DNA of 33,050 nt, taken from positions 1 through 33,050 of the forward strand of contig MFPH01000034.1 in NCBI GenBank assembly GCA_001782645.1, given 5' to 3'. Numbering within the stretch: position 1 is the stretch's first letter; each line of letters opens with the position of its first letter. The notes below the pieces were generated by a model, which was not told where the DNA came from, did no database searches, and saw only the letters and a list, made by a program, of their open reading frames with translations. The translations under genes were made by a program, and so were the position numbers. Positions 29,411 to 33,050 of the stretch are shown one piece after another. This DNA comes from Candidatus Levybacteria bacterium RIFCSPLOWO2_12_FULL_37_14 (lineage in GTDB: Bacteria; Patescibacteriota; Microgenomatia; Levybacterales; UBA12049).

Positions 29411-30919
29411 TTATTGAAATCTTTTTTTAAATTCATCTATCAATTTCGAAATTTGTTTTAGTGCCTGCTCTGTCGGTCTATCGCCCGCGGATAATGTTTC
29501 CAGAACTTTCGGATAATTCTTTTTCGCAAAGCTGTGTAAATCTTTTTCAAACCTATGAAAAGAATCAACCGGAATGTCGTCCATCAGTCCGCTCGTTACA
29601 GCGTAAATGCTTAATACTTCCAAATTCTCCGTAAGGGGGAAGTATTGAGGTTGCTTAAGGATTTCCGTAAGTCTTCTTCCTCGGTCAAGCTGTTTTTGGG
29701 TTGCCGGATCAACTTCACTGCCAAATTGCGCAAAAGCTGCAACAGAATTATATTGAGCAAGTTCAAGCCTTAATTTATTAGAGACTGATTTAATTGTCTG
29801 CGTTTGAGCTGCGCCTCCGACTCTCGATACGGATTGTCCGACGTTAATGGCCGGTCTGATCCCTGCATTAAAAAGATCTGTTTGTAGGTATATCTGGCCA
29901 TCGGTAATAGATATAACATTTGTTGGAATATAGGCAGAGATATCGTTAGCCTGTGTTTCAATGATGGGAAGCGCGGTTATTGAGCCTCCTCCATTTTCTT
30001 TATTCAATTTGACCGATCTTTCCAAAAGTTTGCTATGGAGATAAAAAATGTCCCCGGGATATGCTTCTCTTCCTGCAGGCCGCTTCAAGACCAGGGAAAT
30101 TTGCCTATACGCCCAAGCATGTTTCGTAAGGTCGTCGTAAACAATCAGAACGTCTCTTCCTTTGTCCAGAAAATATTCCGCTATTGCGCATCCCGAATAT
30201 GGAGCCAGATATTGCAGCGCGGCCGAATCGGAAGCGCTTGCGGATACTACTATGGTGTAGCTTCCTGCTCCTTCAGAGTTTAATCTGTCAATGACCTGAG
30301 CTATGGTGCTTTTTTTTTGCCCGATTGCTACATATACGCAAACAACAGGTTTTTTATTAAACTTTTGATTAATAATGCTGTCTATCGCGATTGCAGTTTT
30401 TCCTGTTTGCCTGTCTCCTATGATAAGCTCTCTTTGTCCCCGGCCAATTGGAATCATGGAGTCGATTGCTTTGATGCCTGTTTTAAGGGGTGTGGAGACA
30501 GGCTCACGGTCAACAACGCCTGCCGCAATTTTTTCCAAAGGCATATTTTTGCCTTTTTTTATTTTGGGCTTGTTGTCTTGCGGATTCCCGAGTGGATCTA
30601 TTACTCTTCCCAATAGCTCCTCAGACACTTCGATTGAAAGCATCTTGCCTGTTGTTTTCAAAGTGTCTCCTTCTTTTACGCTTGATGTTTCCCCCAAGAG
30701 TATTATGGAGACGCTTTCTTCATCAAGATTCAAGACGGTTCCGGCGTTTCCGTCTTCGAAGATAACTTTTTCTCCCATAATTGCCCGGGATAGTCCTGAT
30801 GCGGTTATTACGCCGTCAGTGTTCTTGATAACGGTTCCAACGTTTTGTATTTTGACATCTCCGCCATATGCCGTTAATATTTTTTCCAGTGTTCCTATAA
30901 TTTTATTGTTATCAATCAT
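29411..30919 (-). CDS. atpA: F1Fo ATP synthase alpha subunit
   Basis: 'GRGQRELIIGDRQTGKT', 'GREAYPGDIFYLHS' and 'PTNVISITDGQ'. Confidence 0.98.
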   Translation of the reverse strand: MIDNNKIIGTLEKILTAYGGDVKIQNVGTVIKNTDGVITASGLSRAIMGEKVIFEDGNAGTVLNLDEESVSIILLGETSSVKEGDTLKTTGKMLSIEVSEELLGRVIDPLGNPQDNKPKIKKGKNMPLEKIAAGVVDREPVSTPLKTGIKAIDSMIPIGRGQRELIIGDRQTGKTAIAIDSIINQKFNKKPVVCVYVAIGQKKSTIAQVIDRLNSEGAGSYTIVVSASASDSAALQYLAPYSGCAIAEYFLDKGRDVLIVYDDLTKHAWAYRQISLVLKRPAGREAYPGDIFYLHSKLLERSVKLNKENGGGSITALPIIETQANDISAYIPTNVISITDGQIYLQTDLFNAGIRPAINVGQSVSRVGGAAQTQTIKSVSNKLRLELAQYNSVAAFAQFGSEVDPATQKQLDRGRRLTEILKQPQYFPLTENLEVLSIYAVTSGLMDDIPVDSFHRFEKDLHSFAKKNYPKVLETLSAGDRPTEQALKQISKLIDEFKKRFQ

Positions 30920-31268
30920 AATTTTGTTCTACGAAACTAAGGATCCTATGAAGTGAATTCTTCAATGTGAAATCATAGACAATGTCATTATCTACGATGC
31001 GCATGCCAAGCATAAGCGACGGATCTTTTTCCAAAATAATTTTTTTGTAAGGAAAAAGTTTTATAATTTTTTTCAGGTCTTGATTATTAAGAGGTGAAGA
31101 GCTGGAGATAATAAGCGTATTTTCTTTTTCTCCTAATTTTAAACCGTTGATATACTTTTTTAAATCTTTGATGCTAAGAAGGGAAGCGATTTTTTCAACC
31201 TTTTTTTGGTCAAGATATCTATAGCTTGCTCCGATAAGTTCATCTATTTTCTTTTTGTTCATACTCAA
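30912..31268 (-). CDS. atpH: F1Fo ATP synthase delta subunit (short form)
   Basis: It lies between atpF and atpA and carries an OSCP-like C-terminus 'DPSLMLGMRIVDNDIVYDFTL'. Confidence 0.85.
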   Translation of the reverse strand: MSMNKKKIDELIGASYRYLDQKKVEKIASLLSIKDLKKYINGLKLGEKENTLIISSSSPLNNQDLKKIIKLFPYKKIILEKDPSLMLGMRIVDNDIVYDFTLKNSLHRILSFVEQNYD

Positions 31269-31768
31269 TCAATTTTCTTCATTTTTTTCAACGCCTGCGA
31301 AATAACTTCTTTTTGCTCTTTGGATGAAAAGAATTCCCTCAAGGTTTTTTCCAAGAATGTGACAGCCAATTTACTGGTGTTCATAGCCAGCCTTTTTTCT
31401 GTTGCTGCCGATTCTTTTGCAATCTGCTCTTTAGCATCAATTAATAATTTTTCCGTGTGATTTTTTGCTTCTTCGTTTGCTTGTCTGGTAACTACTGTCA
31501 GTTCCTGTTTTGCGTCTTCAATTATTTTCTTTGATTGAAGCTGCGCATTTCTTAATATGTTTTTTTCTTCAATAAGTACTTTTTCAAGCTTTATTCTGGC
31601 ATTTTCTGCGTGTTCCAATCCTTCCCTAATTGTAGTTTGTCTTTTTTTCAAGACATCAAGAATCGGCTTATATAGTACTTTTTTTAATATGAAAAGTACA
31701 ATTAAAAAATTTAATACTTGAGCACCCAAAAGTACAGGATTCAATCCAAAATTTTTTATTATTTCCAT
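31265..31768 (-). CDS. atpF: F1Fo ATP synthase b subunit
   Basis: 'AQVLNFLIVLFILKKVLYKP...KRQ' followed by a long coiled coil. Confidence 0.95.
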   Translation of the reverse strand: MEIIKNFGLNPVLLGAQVLNFLIVLFILKKVLYKPILDVLKKRQTTIREGLEHAENARIKLEKVLIEEKNILRNAQLQSKKIIEDAKQELTVVTRQANEEAKNHTEKLLIDAKEQIAKESAATEKRLAMNTSKLAVTFLEKTLREFFSSKEQKEVISQALKKMKKID

Positions 31769-31805
31769 ATATTAAGAACATTAAGGAAATTTTCCCTTCA
31801 ATAGA

Positions 31806-32012
31806 TTATTTTCCAAAAGCTAATATTAGGGAATAAATTGCAATTGCTTCTGCGAATGCCATTGAAAGCAGCATCGCGGGTAAAATTTTCGCTGACGCTT
31901 CGGGATTTCTTCCGAGCGCTTCCATCGCTTTTGTACCAATAAGACCAATTGCTATTGCCGGACCTATACCTCCTATAGCTATAATTAAACCTCCCGATAT
32001 ACTAAATTCCAT
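31806..32012 (-). CDS. atpE: F1Fo ATP synthase c subunit
   Basis: Two-helix hairpin with an 'RNP' loop and the essential Glu in 'FAEAIAIY'. Confidence 0.97.
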   Translation of the reverse strand: MEFSISGGLIIAIGGIGPAIAIGLIGTKAMEALGRNPEASAKILPAMLLSMAFAEAIAIYSLILAFGK

Positions 32013-32015
32013 AAT

Positions 32016-32069
32016 TCACCTCCTTTATCGTCTGTATTTCATCTTACACTATCATTTATATTCATGCAA
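32016..32069 (-). promoter_or_regulatory. Internal promoter and extended Shine-Dalgarno sequence for atpE
   Basis: TTGCAT (32069-32064), a 17-nt spacer, then TAAGAT (32046-32041). SD AAAGGAGGTGA spans 32026-32016. Confidence 0.65.
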
Positions 32070-32075
32070 ATACTT

Positions 32076-32801
32076 TTAGTGCGTCTTCTGGTGAGACGTT
32101 GTTAATATTGCCATGAAAGACATGGTCAGCATCGAAAATACAAGAGCCTGAACAAAGCCAACGATTACTTCCAAAAGTAAGAATGGGAGAGGGAATGCAA
32201 AGGCGAAAATTGAAGATACTGTAACCAATACGACTTCCCCCGCATAAATATTTCCAAATAGCCTAAAGGAGAGGGAAACAACTTTGGTTAATTCCGATAT
32301 GATTTCAAGAATTCCTATAAAGAGATTGATTGGGTTGAGGGAGAAATATCGGCCGAGATATTCTTTTATTCCAATTGTCTGAATACTTAGCGAATGGGTG
32401 GCGACCGCAGATATAAGCGCTAATCCAAGCGTAGTATTCAGATCACTCGTAGAGCCTCTGAAAAGCGGTACGAGTTCATGTTCATGAAAAAAACCTATTG
32501 ACCCGACTCCGGGAATGAGCGCGCTCCAATTTATGAATAATATATACAAAAAGAAAGTCATGAAGTAGGGAAATATTTTGGGGGCAACATGCTGGCTAAT
32601 TGACTCCGTAAGACTATAGAAAGTTTCTATTATAAATTCTGCCATATTTTGAAGAAAGTTGTCGGGCATAATCGTGATTTTTTTACCGATATGAAAAGCT
32701 CCTCCGATTAGAATTATATCTACAAGAATTGTATTAAGGAGAGTATTGGTAATAGGAAGCTTTCCTATTGTTAAAATTGTTTCCGGCGCAAATGACGGCA
32801 T
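32076..32801 (-). CDS. atpB: F1Fo ATP synthase a subunit
   Basis: 'TSDLNTT', 'SLSFRLFGNIYAGE' and 'QALVFSML'. Confidence 0.97.
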   Translation of the reverse strand: MPSFAPETILTIGKLPITNTLLNTILVDIILIGGAFHIGKKITIMPDNFLQNMAEFIIETFYSLTESISQHVAPKIFPYFMTFFLYILFINWSALIPGVGSIGFFHEHELVPLFRGSTSDLNTTLGLALISAVATHSLSIQTIGIKEYLGRYFSLNPINLFIGILEIISELTKVVSLSFRLFGNIYAGEVVLVTVSSIFAFAFPLPFLLLEVIVGFVQALVFSMLTMSFMAILTTSHQKTH

Positions 32802-32809
32802 TTACTTTA

Positions 32810-32838
32810 ATTCTAAATGCAGATCGTGTTTAAGTCAA
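32810..32838 (-). promoter_or_regulatory. atp operon promoter (near-leaderless transcript)
   Basis: TTGACT (32838-32833), a 17-nt spacer, then TAGAAT (32815-32810), only 8 nt before the atpB ATG. There is no SD. Confidence 0.7.
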
Positions 32839-32843
32839 GAAGC

Positions 32844-32962
32844 GGAACTTCACTAAGCAGTTTCCTTATGGGGTTTGCCCCGTAACATCGCTCTTGCGCC
32901 TGCCCGCCTCTGGAGGGATGCGAGGATGTAAACCTCAAGAGCAAGTAAGATCGTTATGGCGC
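32844..32962. repeat. Cluster of nested inverted repeats (REP/MITE-like relic or structured RNA)
   Basis: GGAACT/AGTTTCC (32844-32865), TTATGGGG/CCCCGTAA (32866-32885), GCTCTTG (32890-32896)/CAAGAGC (32936-32942), CCCGCCTCTGGAGGG (32903-32917) and GAGG/CCTC (32922-32936). Confidence 0.55.
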
Positions 32963-33049
32963 CACTTCCTGCCAGTATCTGGGGATTTGTTTGACCATGG
33001 AAGGATAATTAAGCATAAAGTCAGGCCTTTCGGTAAAGGTAACGGAAGG
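32954..33049 (-). CDS. 3' end of an upstream gene (partial), possibly a PilX/PilY-like pilus-associated surface protein
   Basis: An open frame runs from the window edge: PSVTFTERPDFMLNYPSMVKQIPRYWQEVAP* (TAA at 32956-32954). It is too short for the ORF track. Confidence 0.65.
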   Translation of the reverse strand, partial: PSVTFTERPDFMLNYPSMVKQIPRYWQEVAP

Positions 33050-33050
33050 G

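Noticed and set aside
30375..30956. 193-aa plus-strand ORF and other antisense or alternate-frame ORFs (517-936, 23354-23638, 26272-26739, 28233-28649 and similar)
   Set aside because: They are shadows of well-supported genes, with no recognisable motifs or independent expression signals.
32836..32960. RNase P RNA, group I/II intron, Na+ riboswitch or Cas12f-tracrRNA-like sequence
   Set aside because: Only fragmentary resemblances (GTAAACC..GAGCAAG on +; AGAGCGATG...GCTTA on -) occur, on opposite strands. There is no GAGGAAAGTCC/ACAGAA..GGCTT P4 pair, intron core or cas gene, and the upstream sequence is better explained as coding.

Overview
AT-rich bacterial chromosomal window using standard code 11 (TGA is a stop). 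Gene content, very short intergenic spacers and a reduced ATP synthase delta point to a Patescibacteria/CPR genome, probably Microgenomates (inference only). The window has four parts. (1) Positions 1-23243 hold a cell-surface glycosylation locus: GT4 and GT2 glycosyltransferases, about seven GT-C-fold polytopic membrane domains (two fused to GT2), a Wzx flippase, a WaaL/Wzy_C-like protein, a polyprenol-phosphate glycosyltransferase, two class I methyltransferases and an NDP-hexose C3-methyltransferase. No nucleotide-sugar synthesis genes are in view. (2) A minus-strand tRNA-Thr(CGT) without encoded CCA sits 13 nt upstream of a membrane-anchored Ig-like protein gene. (3) A partial pyrimidine operon, pyrF-pyrE-pyrC, whose dihydroorotase closely resembles the eukaryotic CAD DHO domain. 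(4) A minus-strand F1Fo operon, atpBEFHAGDC, without atpI; upstream lie a palindrome-rich intergenic region and the 3' tail of a gene missed by the ORF track (ends ...WQEVAP*). Near-consensus sigma70 promoters are readable close to many start codons, including overlapping bidirectional -10 elements, and none of the four convergent junctions has room for a terminator. No CRISPR array, transposase, integrase or rRNA was seen. All family calls come from motif recognition by eye, not from database searches.
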